64,000 bases of DNA from Candidatus Micrarchaeota archaeon (GTDB taxonomy: Archaea > Micrarchaeota > Micrarchaeia > Norongarragalinales > SBBD01), in the NCBI GenBank assembly GCA_041305345.1, contig JBFYLP010000005.1, forward strand, positions 109,817-173,816, given 5' to 3'. Position 1 is the first letter of the stretch; each line of letters opens with the position of its first letter. Position numbers and translations under genes: made by a program. Of this stretch, positions 46,791 to 56,294 are shown one piece after another. Under the pieces are notes generated by a model. That model was not told the DNA's origin, did not search any database, and saw nothing but the letters and a program-made list of their open reading frames with translations.

Positions 46791-47023
46791 AGCCCCGTCG
46801 TCTAGCGGTCAAACCTAATTCTTTCCCAATCGTAAAGGAAAGGATTTTGGGAACACGGATAGAGGCCTCTGGAATTGCAATTCGCAATTGAGAAAGCCTT
46901 TGACGGCAGTTCGAAATGCCTTGCCTTTCTTATCAGAAAAGAAAGGCGATGGCGCCGCGAAAGAAAACAATTTAGCGGCTCCGCCAAATTCATCGGCAAG
47001 GCACGAACATCTGCCCGGGGCTA
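46791..47023 (+). tRNA. tRNA-Gln(CUG) with three introns (21/22, 37/38, 59/60)
   Basis: Exons 46791-46812, 46857-46872, 46895-46915 and 47010-47023 give 73 nt: AGCCCCG TC GTCT AGCGGTCAA GGAT A GAGGC CT CTG GA GCCTT TGAC GGCAG TTCGAAT CTGCC CGGGGCT A. Perfect BHB at 59/60; TTTAAAA box upstream and T-run downstream. Confidence 0.92.
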
Positions 47024-47085
47024 TTTTTTTTTAACGCTAGGCCAAAGCACTTATTTTTTATTCCCACGCTGCCTCTAATTTTCCT

Positions 47086-47625
47086 ATGAGGATAGGCTTC
47101 CTTGATAGCATATTCAATTACGCGGACGTGTACGAGGAGGCAGCAAAGGTGCTTGAGGAGAGGATCCCCGCGGTTTCGCTTGAGAGGATGACCGTCCCCC
47201 ATTTGCTGAAAATCCCCCTTTTCTCGAAATTGCTTTTGAAAAACAATTGCGATGCGGTCGTAGTATTCCTTACCATGCTCGAGGAGGATGCGTCCGAGCT
47301 TGACCTTGTGCACGAGAAGGTAATCGACCTTGAGGTTGAGGAGGGAAGGCCGGTTTATTTTTGCATCATTGCCGATTCCGAATTCAAGGACCAGGAGGAG
47401 CTCGTGGCGGTGATGGCGCCCAAATTGGGCTTCATCGCCGAGGCGGTTGCAAAATTGGTGGCATCCCCATCCGGATTATCATCGGATATTGCAAACCAGG
47501 ATCTTACAAGTGCGATGAGCATGTTCGGCGGCACTGCGATTGCAGCGGAAGGACAGAATGAAACCGGATCCGACCTCGATGCGCCAGACCTTGGCGGTGC
47601 TGGGGAGGGAAAAAGCTTGTTCTGA
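47086..47625 (+). CDS. Divergent lumazine-synthase-fold / archaeal riboflavin synthase-like protein with acidic tail
   Basis: MRIGFLDSIF..D...A...L......R.TVP....IP...K.LL....CDAVV parallels archaeal RibC (MKIGI.DTTFAR.DM...R.TVPG.KDLP...K.L....CD.V). Confidence 0.6.
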   Translation: MRIGFLDSIFNYADVYEEAAKVLEERIPAVSLERMTVPHLLKIPLFSKLLLKNNCDAVVVFLTMLEEDASELDLVHEKVIDLEVEEGRPVYFCIIADSEFKDQEELVAVMAPKLGFIAEAVAKLVASPSGLSSDIANQDLTSAMSMFGGTAIAAEGQNETGSDLDAPDLGGAGEGKSLF

Positions 47626-47722
47626 TTGATTGCCTCCTGAAAGGAAGGGAAAAAACGTCTGCTTACCTGAAGAACCCGATCCGATTTACGGATAGGTTTG
47701 CCATCGGGGAGTTTTCCCCAAA

Positions 47723-50700
47723 TCAGCACGCATCGCCGTTCCTGCAAACGCTAATGCCGTATGCGGACACGGAGCAGTCGCCAAAACCGCACGCGCGGCA
47801 GCTTTCCACTTCAACATCCCCGAATACCAGCGGGTAATTCGCAAGGTCATACGGCTCGAATATGAGGAATATCGAACGCCGCTTCCTCGTGCCGGTGCCA
47901 AGGAAGCCGCATTTGCCCCGCGCAAAAAACTTGCTGAGGAGGGCCGGGTAATCGCCTTCCTCCCCCTGCTTCGTGGCAAATGCAAATTGATTTGTTGCCG
48001 GCACGTGATTCTGCCAGCCGATGAAGGAATATGAACGTAAATCAAATGCATTGGGGAAATTCGCGACGAATTGGTCCTTGGCTTTTCCTGAAGCACACGA
48101 TAAAGGGCTGCAGGAACGGTCCCAAATGGCAGATGCAACCGCATTCTTGTCATAGCGCGCATCGCCGTCAGGGACAACGGGGTATTCGTTCGTAAGGCAC
48201 CGCTCAAGATATTCATCCTCGGGATACATATCAGCTGGAATCTTGCCCGGGAACCTTGAGTGCAGCCCATACGGGTCGAACAGGTTGCAAGCGACGACGT
48301 TGCCGCAGAAATCCTGCGTGCCCGCCCCCATCGAATCGGGATAATTGTCGCTTATTGCAAGGGGAGAAAGCCCAAAATTCCTCTCCCCGAAGAAGAAGTC
48401 CTCGCCGTTCGTTGTCTGCACCGAGAGCAGGTATATTCCCTGGCGGTATTTGCAATCATCGGGCAGTTGGGCGATCTCAACTAGGTTTTCCCTTGCAGAA
48501 GAGAACTCGGGGTATCTGTTGAATTTGTTATAGACGATGTCCGCACTCAGGGGGAATACCGCCGAGAATGTGATCGGGGCGCTTTCCGCGTTCTGCACGA
48601 AATATTTGTATGGCGACCTGCTTTCAAGCCCGCCAATGCCGGCGCCCATCGTTACCTCGTACAATTCCGCGTCACCGTTCTCCCAGACGTATTCGTACCC
48701 TTCGTCAATCAGGGTGGTGCGGAGGCCTTCAGGGCTGCAATCGCATTCCTCAGGCGTCCCGCAATAATCGCCCTCCGCGATGGATTTCTCCGAGCACGAG
48801 TAGAGGCACTGAATCCCTTCATCGGAGTCTTCGGGAACCCCCGAATCATCGCACGCGTACGCGGTTCCGTCGGGGCCGATGTAGGTTTCGTTGCCCTCCA
48901 CATATGCGCAATGGCCGGTTTCGCACTCGTCGGAAGGCAGGCACCTGATATCGCAAACGTCAACATTGTAGTTGTCCTCGGAGGGCGCACCATATGTTTC
49001 TTCATATGTATCGTGGCAGAAGGTGCACGCCGCGACCTCAATCCTCTGCTTGTTCGTAACCCTCATCCACGCAGCAGCGGAATCCCTGCAAATCTCGGGG
49101 TCATAAGTATCCTCATTGGAAATATCTTCGGGAGGCTTGATGCAATAGAAGGTGGCATCAAAGCTGCGCTTGAACGCGGTCTTCCGCAAGATGTTGCCTG
49201 CAATTTCCTTGAAGGATTCAAGAACTGCGGGGGCATACGCCAACGCGGTCACGTTGGAGTGGCCGATCCTTTGGAATGCCTTGGAATTCAGGTAGGAAGC
49301 AAGGCCCGTGCCTGCCGGGGATGACGAAGCGATGGTTGCAACAACTGGCGGCCTTTGGTTTGCAACAGCGCCCGCATCGGGGTGCACGAATATCTTCTCC
49401 TTCCGGGAATCGTCCCACGAAACCAGGGAAGCATCCTGGCCCGAGCCGATTAATTTGGTGCTCGTTGTGCTTCTTTTAAAATAGCCCGCCGATGGGGAAT
49501 ATTCAGCAGCCCAATATTCCTCATTGTTCGTTATGCCCTTCACGCGGTTGTTGAGCGCATATACCAGCTTCATGGATGATGCCTCCGTGTCGTAATCGTC
49601 GCCATAGAAGGAGAGCGGTAGCGCGGAATCTTTCAAATACGGGGTCTTGTAGTTAATGCCCGAAAACTCCAATGCATTGAGGTCCCCGATGTCGGAATAA
49701 TTCGCAATCGTGATGTTTATGATGCGGCCAGCTGTTCCCGTGCAATTAACCCTCATCTGGATGTTATCGGCTGATGGGACCATGTTGCCAATTGGCTTTA
49801 AGGGGCACGTATCCTTCTTGCCGGGCCAGAAACGCAGCGCATTCCCGCCGGGGGTTGCGCCGGTCACGAAGCAATCGTTATATTTTCTTGGTTCAGAGGC
49901 GGTGCCGAAAGCGTACCCGAGATTGCAGCCTCCAAGGCCCGAATCGTTGAGGGGGATTGCATCTGCGGGGAAGAAGGAATCCACCCTGAATACGATTCTG
50001 TCGCAGGAGGATTCGATGACGGGCTGGCCGGCGCCCGAGTAGGTTTTCTTCATCAATGTGAGCGCATTGCAGCTAAACGGGTTCGGTAGCTGAATGGGAG
50101 GCGAGGCGGGCATGTTCGATGCAATGACAACGTAAGGTTTGATCACAACAGCAGGTGCTGTGCTCGAATGCGAATACGATGCCTTGATGATTGCTGTGCC
50201 GTGCTCCTTGGGAGTGAGGGTGATCCTGCCTTGGAGCTTCGAGCTGTCGGTTATCTGAAGCGTAAATGAATCGGAATCAGCAAGGCTGAACACTTGATTT
50301 CCAACAAGCGCCGTCACGGGAACGAGCAGGTCGTTGCCCAGTATGTCCGAGGAAGCGTCCTGGTTGTAAAGCTCGATCCTCAAGGTTCCGGGCAGCTTGT
50401 TTGCTACCTCGGTAATGTCATAGCTTATCTCGAGCTCGCCTTCGACGCACGAGTTTCCGCAATCCTTGAGGGAATGCGCATTGAACCCATTGCCGCTTTC
50501 CTCCTCATCGCATAAATCTGCGAGGTCCGGATCGATCAGCCCCCTTGGGCATTGCAGCTGCTTGAAATTGAGCTCGACGCACATTTCGTTGTTGCAGTCC
50601 CTATTCCCGAACTTGCAGATGTTTTCCTGCTGGTTGCACATCGTATTTTGCTGGGTGCATTGCGGGTCGGAATCGCAGCACATCTCCCCTTCCTCCCCGC

Positions 50701-53700
50701 ACGGGGTGCAAGCGCCATTCGAACACATAAGGCCAGGAAGGCACTTATTCTCATCATCCTGGCAGCAATATTCATCCTCATCACCGCAGGATTTGCACAG
50801 CCCAAGGTCGCTGCCCTGTTGCTCTATGCAAGCGCCGTTTTCGCACGCATAAGTATCATCCGCAATAGTGCAAAGCTCGCCAAGCCCGCCAAATTCGCAT
50901 AAGGCAAAATCGCTTATGCAGTCCCTGCACTGCGGGTTGTTAAGATTGGTGGTGTCGCATCCCTGGTCGAACCTGCAATCCAAGCACTGGGCCTTCAGGG
51001 TGCAATCATCAACGTAAACGCATTGCCCTTCCTTGCCGGCATCGTAGCAGCAAACAGTGGCGCCCGTGCACTCGTTTTGCGCTGCGCCGCAAAGCTGCTT
51101 TTGGCTGCAAATCCCTTCTGGTGCGCACCAAAGGCCCTCATTGCACGCATCATCCGGATGCTGCCTCGAATATTCGCAGCAAGAATCGGAAAGCCCACCG
51201 CAGGGGATGCACGCATTTTCTGAAGAGCAGGTAAGCCCATCGTCGCATTTATTTGCAGCGCCTGTGCAGCAAGATTCGCCTTCCATCCCGCAGATGTCCT
51301 CGATATCCCTGCATATCGCTAGGCTTCCGGAAGAATCGCAGAACATATTGCCGCCATAGGAAATGCATTCAGGCGTGCATTCGGCGACGCCCCCGTAGCA
51401 TTCTGATGGGGGCACGCACCCCTTCCCCGATCCTTCATTGCAGCAGAGGTCAAAGCCGGTGCAGAAGGTACCTGCGCTTCCGCAGGAGGTAGGGTAGGTG
51501 CAAATCCCCCTTGGGATCGCGCTGGTCACGCTGCATTTCAAATTTTCCACGCACGGGGATGAACCCTCTTGGCCAATTTCGCTTTGGCTGCAGCAAGTCT
51601 CGCCGAAATTGCCGCACGCAAGCACGTCATAGGTCACATTCCTTGTCCTGGCAAAGCACCACGGCTTGCCAGGAATTTCATATGAAAAGCCTAGTTCGGA
51701 ATCAATGGGGTCGCGGATGTATTCGCCATTCGAGACTGCAAAGCCGCGGTAATTTATGACCAGCTCCTCAGCTATTATGTTGGGCACCACCTTGAATCTC
51801 ATCACGACTTTCGAGGAGCCTTCGTATGAATATTCCGCATTCAGCCACGAAAGGCCTACGAAATCATCCTCGCTTGAAATAAAGGGCGCCTCGCATTCCT
51901 CCAGATCAGATAAGCTGCTAGAGCCCTTCACGATAACAGGCGCAAAGCCGTCGTGGGAATAGTTAGTGAAGTATGCGATCTCGGACCCATCGCCTCCGGA
52001 GAGCTGCACGAATAGCCCCCTTGAAGCCGCTCCGGGCTTGCTGTACAAATCGAATGAGACAAGGTATTCCTGGCCTGAAACGAGCCTTGCCTTCGCATTC
52101 CCGTTAAGGTCGGTTATCCGGTCAAGCGTGGCCTTGATGATCGTCCTTGAATCCAAGCGTGCCATCTGCGCATTAACCGGCAAGTCCGCATTCGGGCTTG
52201 CCTTCCTTTTGCCCGAGGCATTCTGGTAATTCCTCGAGTTGATGACCCATTTGAACGTTTTGTCGGACCTCGCCTCTATGGCGCACGAGCCAGTTAGCGA
52301 GGAGCAGGAGCCGTAAAGCGCATTGTTCTTCTCGTTGTCATAATATACGAAGGCGTCAAGCTGGCTAATTGAACCGTTCGTGTCCAGGTCCGTGGCACTA
52401 AAAATAAGCCGGCCCTTGGGCGCATACATCGTGATGTTCGCTTCGAGGTTCAAGGAGAGATCCACTGTTTCAGAGCCTGAAAACTGGTCCTTCGAGGCAA
52501 AAATCGTGTAAGAGGAATATTTCGCAAGGTTCCGAACAACCGCCTTCCCGTTATTGTCGGTCCTCTGTTCATACGGGGGAATCTGGTCGCCAAGCTCGTC
52601 GAAGAATGCAAGCGGGACTGTGCGCATCTTAACGCCATCCTCATTGATTGTGTTGAGGGTGAGGTTGGCGGAATTGTTTGCATATGCCTTGTAGAGGGTG
52701 ATTTTCTTCTCCTGGGAGCCGGCGAATGCGAGCGTCCTTCCCGGAAGGTATCCGTCCTTGAATGCGGTTGCATAGTACCACGTGAGGCTTGAGATCGGGA
52801 ATGTAAGCACGGATGACGCGGCCTCCTTCTTCACGGCGGAATAGTTGCCCTCATCGGAATGTTCCCAAAGCCATATCTGGGATTGCAAGGAAGCATTGCG
52901 CTCATCTTGCACGCGGATGGTAACCGTGCCGTTTTGCAAACCGGATGTTGCACCTATCTTTTTCAATGAAATGGGCCACGCCGTCGTTTCCCTTAGCGTT
53001 TTTTCACTTGCCTTGGGCTCATACCCCTCTGCCCTTGCAATGACCTTGAGCCTCATTCCAACGCGGAATTCATCATCATTCTCATAGGAGCCAAATTCGG
53101 TTTCAACGACCTTCAGCTCGTCCTCTGTTACCGAATCCAGGATCGTTAGCACCGCATCAATGCCCGCATTTGTCGCCTCATCCTTTATGGTGATCTGCAG
53201 CTGGCTGAATTCCAATGAGGCGGGGGTGGGGATTGGCGAAGCCGCCTTGTTGAGCGTTATCCGCCTTGGCTTGCCTGCTTCCGGTGTGTACGTGACTCCG
53301 GAGCTTGTTTGATACCCCGCAAGAGTCACGCTTACCGTGAGCTCCTTATTTTCGGGTACTGGAATGACAACCTTCCCGTCGGCATCCGTACTCGCGCTGC
53401 CGCCTTCTGCCTCATATGAATATTCGACTAATGCGCCTCGCAGCGGCAATCCGGAAAAATCGCTCACGATTATTTCAGCATCGAACAACTCGGGCCTTCT
53501 TAGGCGGATCGTGATTTCCGGCGAATCGCCGATCCTAAAACTCCTCCTTGCATCCGGGAATCCCTCCAAGCTTACGGTTAGGGTCGCTTCCTTGCCCTTT
53601 GGGGGCTTTTCGAATCTGGCGAGCCCGTTCTCGGTTGTCAATAGCTTGGAGTACTCGCCTGCCTCCAGGAGCACGGTTGCGCCCTCGACAGCGCCGTCAT

Positions 53701-53950
53701 CGGAAATGACAAGGACCCGAAGGGTCATTGGCTGCAGCGATACGAAGGCGAATGCGCCTGCGGCAATTAATAGCAAAAACAGCAGGATTGCAACTGGAAA
53801 TGACGGTATTCCCTTTCCCTCTATCGGGTTCACGAATACGTCGTAGATGGGGAATTTGAGGTCCTTTTGGAGGTAATCGCAAAACGAGTAATAGCCCTCC
53901 TCGAGGCCTTTGTAGAATTGATCCACGGAGTCCTTGAGCCCCATTTGCAT
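47723..53950 (-). CDS. Giant membrane-anchored surface protein 3 with Cys-rich repeat block (paralog)
   Basis: 2075 aa; N-terminus nearly collinear with protein 1; CG..G..CC repeats. Confidence 0.85.
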   Translation of the reverse strand: MQMGLKDSVDQFYKGLEEGYYSFCDYLQKDLKFPIYDVFVNPIEGKGIPSFPVAILLFLLLIAAGAFAFVSLQPMTLRVLVISDDGAVEGATVLLEAGEYSKLLTTENGLARFEKPPKGKEATLTVSLEGFPDARRSFRIGDSPEITIRLRRPELFDAEIIVSDFSGLPLRGALVEYSYEAEGGSASTDADGKVVIPVPENKELTVSVTLAGYQTSSGVTYTPEAGKPRRITLNKAASPIPTPASLEFSQLQITIKDEATNAGIDAVLTILDSVTEDELKVVETEFGSYENDDEFRVGMRLKVIARAEGYEPKASEKTLRETTAWPISLKKIGATSGLQNGTVTIRVQDERNASLQSQIWLWEHSDEGNYSAVKKEAASSVLTFPISSLTWYYATAFKDGYLPGRTLAFAGSQEKKITLYKAYANNSANLTLNTINEDGVKMRTVPLAFFDELGDQIPPYEQRTDNNGKAVVRNLAKYSSYTIFASKDQFSGSETVDLSLNLEANITMYAPKGRLIFSATDLDTNGSISQLDAFVYYDNEKNNALYGSCSSLTGSCAIEARSDKTFKWVINSRNYQNASGKRKASPNADLPVNAQMARLDSRTIIKATLDRITDLNGNAKARLVSGQEYLVSFDLYSKPGAASRGLFVQLSGGDGSEIAYFTNYSHDGFAPVIVKGSSSLSDLEECEAPFISSEDDFVGLSWLNAEYSYEGSSKVVMRFKVVPNIIAEELVINYRGFAVSNGEYIRDPIDSELGFSYEIPGKPWCFARTRNVTYDVLACGNFGETCCSQSEIGQEGSSPCVENLKCSVTSAIPRGICTYPTSCGSAGTFCTGFDLCCNEGSGKGCVPPSECYGGVAECTPECISYGGNMFCDSSGSLAICRDIEDICGMEGESCCTGAANKCDDGLTCSSENACIPCGGLSDSCCEYSRQHPDDACNEGLWCAPEGICSQKQLCGAAQNECTGATVCCYDAGKEGQCVYVDDCTLKAQCLDCRFDQGCDTTNLNNPQCRDCISDFALCEFGGLGELCTIADDTYACENGACIEQQGSDLGLCKSCGDEDEYCCQDDENKCLPGLMCSNGACTPCGEEGEMCCDSDPQCTQQNTMCNQQENICKFGNRDCNNEMCVELNFKQLQCPRGLIDPDLADLCDEEESGNGFNAHSLKDCGNSCVEGELEISYDITEVANKLPGTLRIELYNQDASSDILGNDLLVPVTALVGNQVFSLADSDSFTLQITDSSKLQGRITLTPKEHGTAIIKASYSHSSTAPAVVIKPYVVIASNMPASPPIQLPNPFSCNALTLMKKTYSGAGQPVIESSCDRIVFRVDSFFPADAIPLNDSGLGGCNLGYAFGTASEPRKYNDCFVTGATPGGNALRFWPGKKDTCPLKPIGNMVPSADNIQMRVNCTGTAGRIINITIANYSDIGDLNALEFSGINYKTPYLKDSALPLSFYGDDYDTEASSMKLVYALNNRVKGITNNEEYWAAEYSPSAGYFKRSTTSTKLIGSGQDASLVSWDDSRKEKIFVHPDAGAVANQRPPVVATIASSSPAGTGLASYLNSKAFQRIGHSNVTALAYAPAVLESFKEIAGNILRKTAFKRSFDATFYCIKPPEDISNEDTYDPEICRDSAAAWMRVTNKQRIEVAACTFCHDTYEETYGAPSEDNYNVDVCDIRCLPSDECETGHCAYVEGNETYIGPDGTAYACDDSGVPEDSDEGIQCLYSCSEKSIAEGDYCGTPEECDCSPEGLRTTLIDEGYEYVWENGDAELYEVTMGAGIGGLESRSPYKYFVQNAESAPITFSAVFPLSADIVYNKFNRYPEFSSARENLVEIAQLPDDCKYRQGIYLLSVQTTNGEDFFFGERNFGLSPLAISDNYPDSMGAGTQDFCGNVVACNLFDPYGLHSRFPGKIPADMYPEDEYLERCLTNEYPVVPDGDARYDKNAVASAIWDRSCSPLSCASGKAKDQFVANFPNAFDLRSYSFIGWQNHVPATNQFAFATKQGEEGDYPALLSKFFARGKCGFLGTGTRKRRSIFLIFEPYDLANYPLVFGDVEVESCRACGFGDCSVSAYGISVCRNGDAC

Positions 53951-54066
53951 CCTTCAGGATTATGGAAGAGGGGTTTAAATAATTAACAATGCGATCGGTT
54001 GGGTGAACCGGTTTTTTTTATTAAAAAAATACGAGCTTTTAATAAGGTTTTATGCGAAATCCTGCT

Positions 54067-55542
54067 ATGAAAACCGAATTCGCAGTCGCACACGAGGGCA
54101 TCCGCAGCACAGCGGAGGTAAGGATACCCAAAGATCCACTCGAGCAGGTGATCGGGCAGGATGGGGCCGTAAGGATCGCAAAGCTTGCTGCGACGCAGAA
54201 GAGGCATCTTCTGCTCGTGGGGCCGCCGGGAATTGGGAAATCCCTAATTGCGCAAAGCATCGCATACCACCTCTCCAAGCCCACCGAGGAAATTTCGGTC
54301 CTCCATAATCCCGAGAACCCCGAAAGGCCAATTGTGGAAATCAAGAACATCGCCGACCTCGAGAAGGAAAAGACCATCGTGAAGGAATTGCAAGGAAAGC
54401 TCGTGGAGCCAAAAGAAGTCCCATCCTTCGTTGCCGAGAAGCTTGGTTTCCGGTGCAGGAAATGCAACCGCCTAAGCAGGGCATCCGAAATCAGCTGCCC
54501 TAACTGCGGCACCGACAAGTACAGGAAGGAATATTCGCCCTTCGGGGACCTTTTATCGGACTATTTCTCCGTGCAGCAATCCGACCGGGTCCACACAACC
54601 CGCGTGAACGATGCGGGAAAGGAGGAAATAATAGTATACGAAAGGCACGGCGAGAAGGTCAGGATGCTCGACCAGAAATCGCTTGAAAGGCTAGATGAGA
54701 TCAAGCAGCGCAGGCCAAGGAAGGTGCTTATTCCCCTTGGAAGGAAGAATTTCGTGATAGCAACTGGCGCATCCGAAACTGAGCTCCTTGGAGATATCAG
54801 GCACGACCCGTATGGGGGAAGGGTCACGCCAAGCGGGCCTAACACGTTCATAGGCTCGCATCCTTACGAGAGGGTCAACCCGGGCACGATCCACGAGGCG
54901 CACGAGGGCGTGCTCTTCATCGACGAGCTAGGCGCCCTAAGCTACCTGCAAAGGTACCTGCTTACCGCCCTTCAGGAAAGGAAATATGCGATCGTTGGGA
55001 GGAACCCCCAAAGCTCGGGCGCATCCGTGAAGGTAGATGACGTGCCCTGCGATTTCGTCCTGATCGCTGCAAGCAACATCAACGATTTGCAATACATCAT
55101 CCCGCCGATGCGGTCAAGGATCATCGGGAACGGCTATGAAGTGCTGCTTGATACGCATATGCCAGATACGCAGGCAAACCGCGAAAAAATGCTCCAGTTC
55201 ATCGCGCAGGAGATAAGGAAGGATGGCAAGATCCCGCACGCGACCCTGGACGCCGCGGATGAGATAATCGGGGAGGCAAGGAGAAGGGCGAAGATCAATG
55301 ACAATGCCCCGGACGCGCTGACCCTTAGGTTCCGCCACCTGAGCGGGATCATAAGGCTCGCAGGCGACATCGCAAGGACCGAGGGAACGGAGCTCATCAC
55401 GAGGGATTACGTGAAGGAGGCAACGAAGCGCAACAGGAACATCGAGGAGCAGATGAAGGAGAAGTACGGGAGCGTCTGGAGGGCGTCCGCAAGCGAAACG
55501 ATGAACGTGGACTCCAACAGGGATGGGAAGGAAATAAGCTGA
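54067..55542 (+). CDS. Lon-like (LonB-type) AAA+ ATPase lacking the protease domain and TM insert, with a Zn-ribbon insert
   Basis: DPLEQVIGQD, GPPGIGKS, GDIRHDPY, GTIHEAHEGVLFIDE, PCDFVLIAA; CRKC...CPNC; stops before any Lon_C Ser-Lys dyad region. Confidence 0.85.
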   Translation: MKTEFAVAHEGIRSTAEVRIPKDPLEQVIGQDGAVRIAKLAATQKRHLLLVGPPGIGKSLIAQSIAYHLSKPTEEISVLHNPENPERPIVEIKNIADLEKEKTIVKELQGKLVEPKEVPSFVAEKLGFRCRKCNRLSRASEISCPNCGTDKYRKEYSPFGDLLSDYFSVQQSDRVHTTRVNDAGKEEIIVYERHGEKVRMLDQKSLERLDEIKQRRPRKVLIPLGRKNFVIATGASETELLGDIRHDPYGGRVTPSGPNTFIGSHPYERVNPGTIHEAHEGVLFIDELGALSYLQRYLLTALQERKYAIVGRNPQSSGASVKVDDVPCDFVLIAASNINDLQYIIPPMRSRIIGNGYEVLLDTHMPDTQANREKMLQFIAQEIRKDGKIPHATLDAADEIIGEARRRAKINDNAPDALTLRFRHLSGIIRLAGDIARTEGTELITRDYVKEATKRNRNIEEQMKEKYGSVWRASASETMNVDSNRDGKEIS

Positions 55543-55547
55543 TCTTT

Positions 55548-55832
55548 ATGCCGATAAAAAAATTTTTTGAACTTGCCGCGGAATTCGAATTCCATTTCAA
55601 AGGGAGCAGGACGCCGGAAAACGTGGGAAAATTGAACGAAATTGCCCTTGGCATAAAGAAAATCCGGCCATCGGCCTTGGAACGGGCAAATGCATTGAAA
55701 AAATTGTTAAAGCGTCCATCTCCAATCAGCCCCGAACATCTGGAGGAATTGGGGAAATTCAAAAAGGCGGAGGAGATATTGGAACGGCTTAGCAAAGAAA
55801 ATAAGAGCTTGCGGAATGGGTTCCTGCACTGA
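55548..55832 (+). CDS. Hypothetical protein
   Basis: 94-aa ORF following the Lon-like gene. Confidence 0.5.
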   Translation: MPIKKFFELAAEFEFHFKGSRTPENVGKLNEIALGIKKIRPSALERANALKKLLKRPSPISPEHLEELGKFKKAEEILERLSKENKSLRNGFLH

Positions 55833-56294
55833 TCACTTGGGCGACGCAGCAGCGGTGAGCTTCTTTTTATGCGCCTCCAGCTTCTTCCTTAGCTCTCCAT
55901 TTTTCATCGCAAATATCTTGATGGCGAAAAGCGCGGCATTCTCCGGTTCAAGGATGGTCGCAGGCACGATCCCAGAAGGCATCCTAAGGGAGGAGAGGAC
56001 GTCCATCCCGCCGTATTTTTCGGAATGGGGGGGGTTGTTGATCACGGGATTTGGGGAATTGCCATCGAGAACGCCGCCAAGCGCGTTGCTCCTTCCCGCA
56101 ACCGCCAGGTAGACTATCGGCCTTCCAAGTCCGTCGTAGTAATGCACAAGGTCGAGAAGGTATTTCGTGGCCTTGTGCGCGCTGCAAACCTTTATTTGGG
56201 ATTCGACCCCGAATTCCCTTAGGTAATCGTAGATTTTTTTCGCGTAATCCTCATCGGCCTTTGAGCCAATTATTATCGGCACGAGTTCATCCAT
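55833..56294 (-). CDS. purE: AIR carboxylase (PurE, class II/PAICS-like)
   Basis: IIGSKAD, SAHK, AGRSNALG...PVINNPP, SSLRMPSG. Confidence 0.9.
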   Translation of the reverse strand: MDELVPIIIGSKADEDYAKKIYDYLREFGVESQIKVCSAHKATKYLLDLVHYYDGLGRPIVYLAVAGRSNALGGVLDGNSPNPVINNPPHSEKYGGMDVLSSLRMPSGIVPATILEPENAALFAIKIFAMKNGELRKKLEAHKKKLTAAASPK

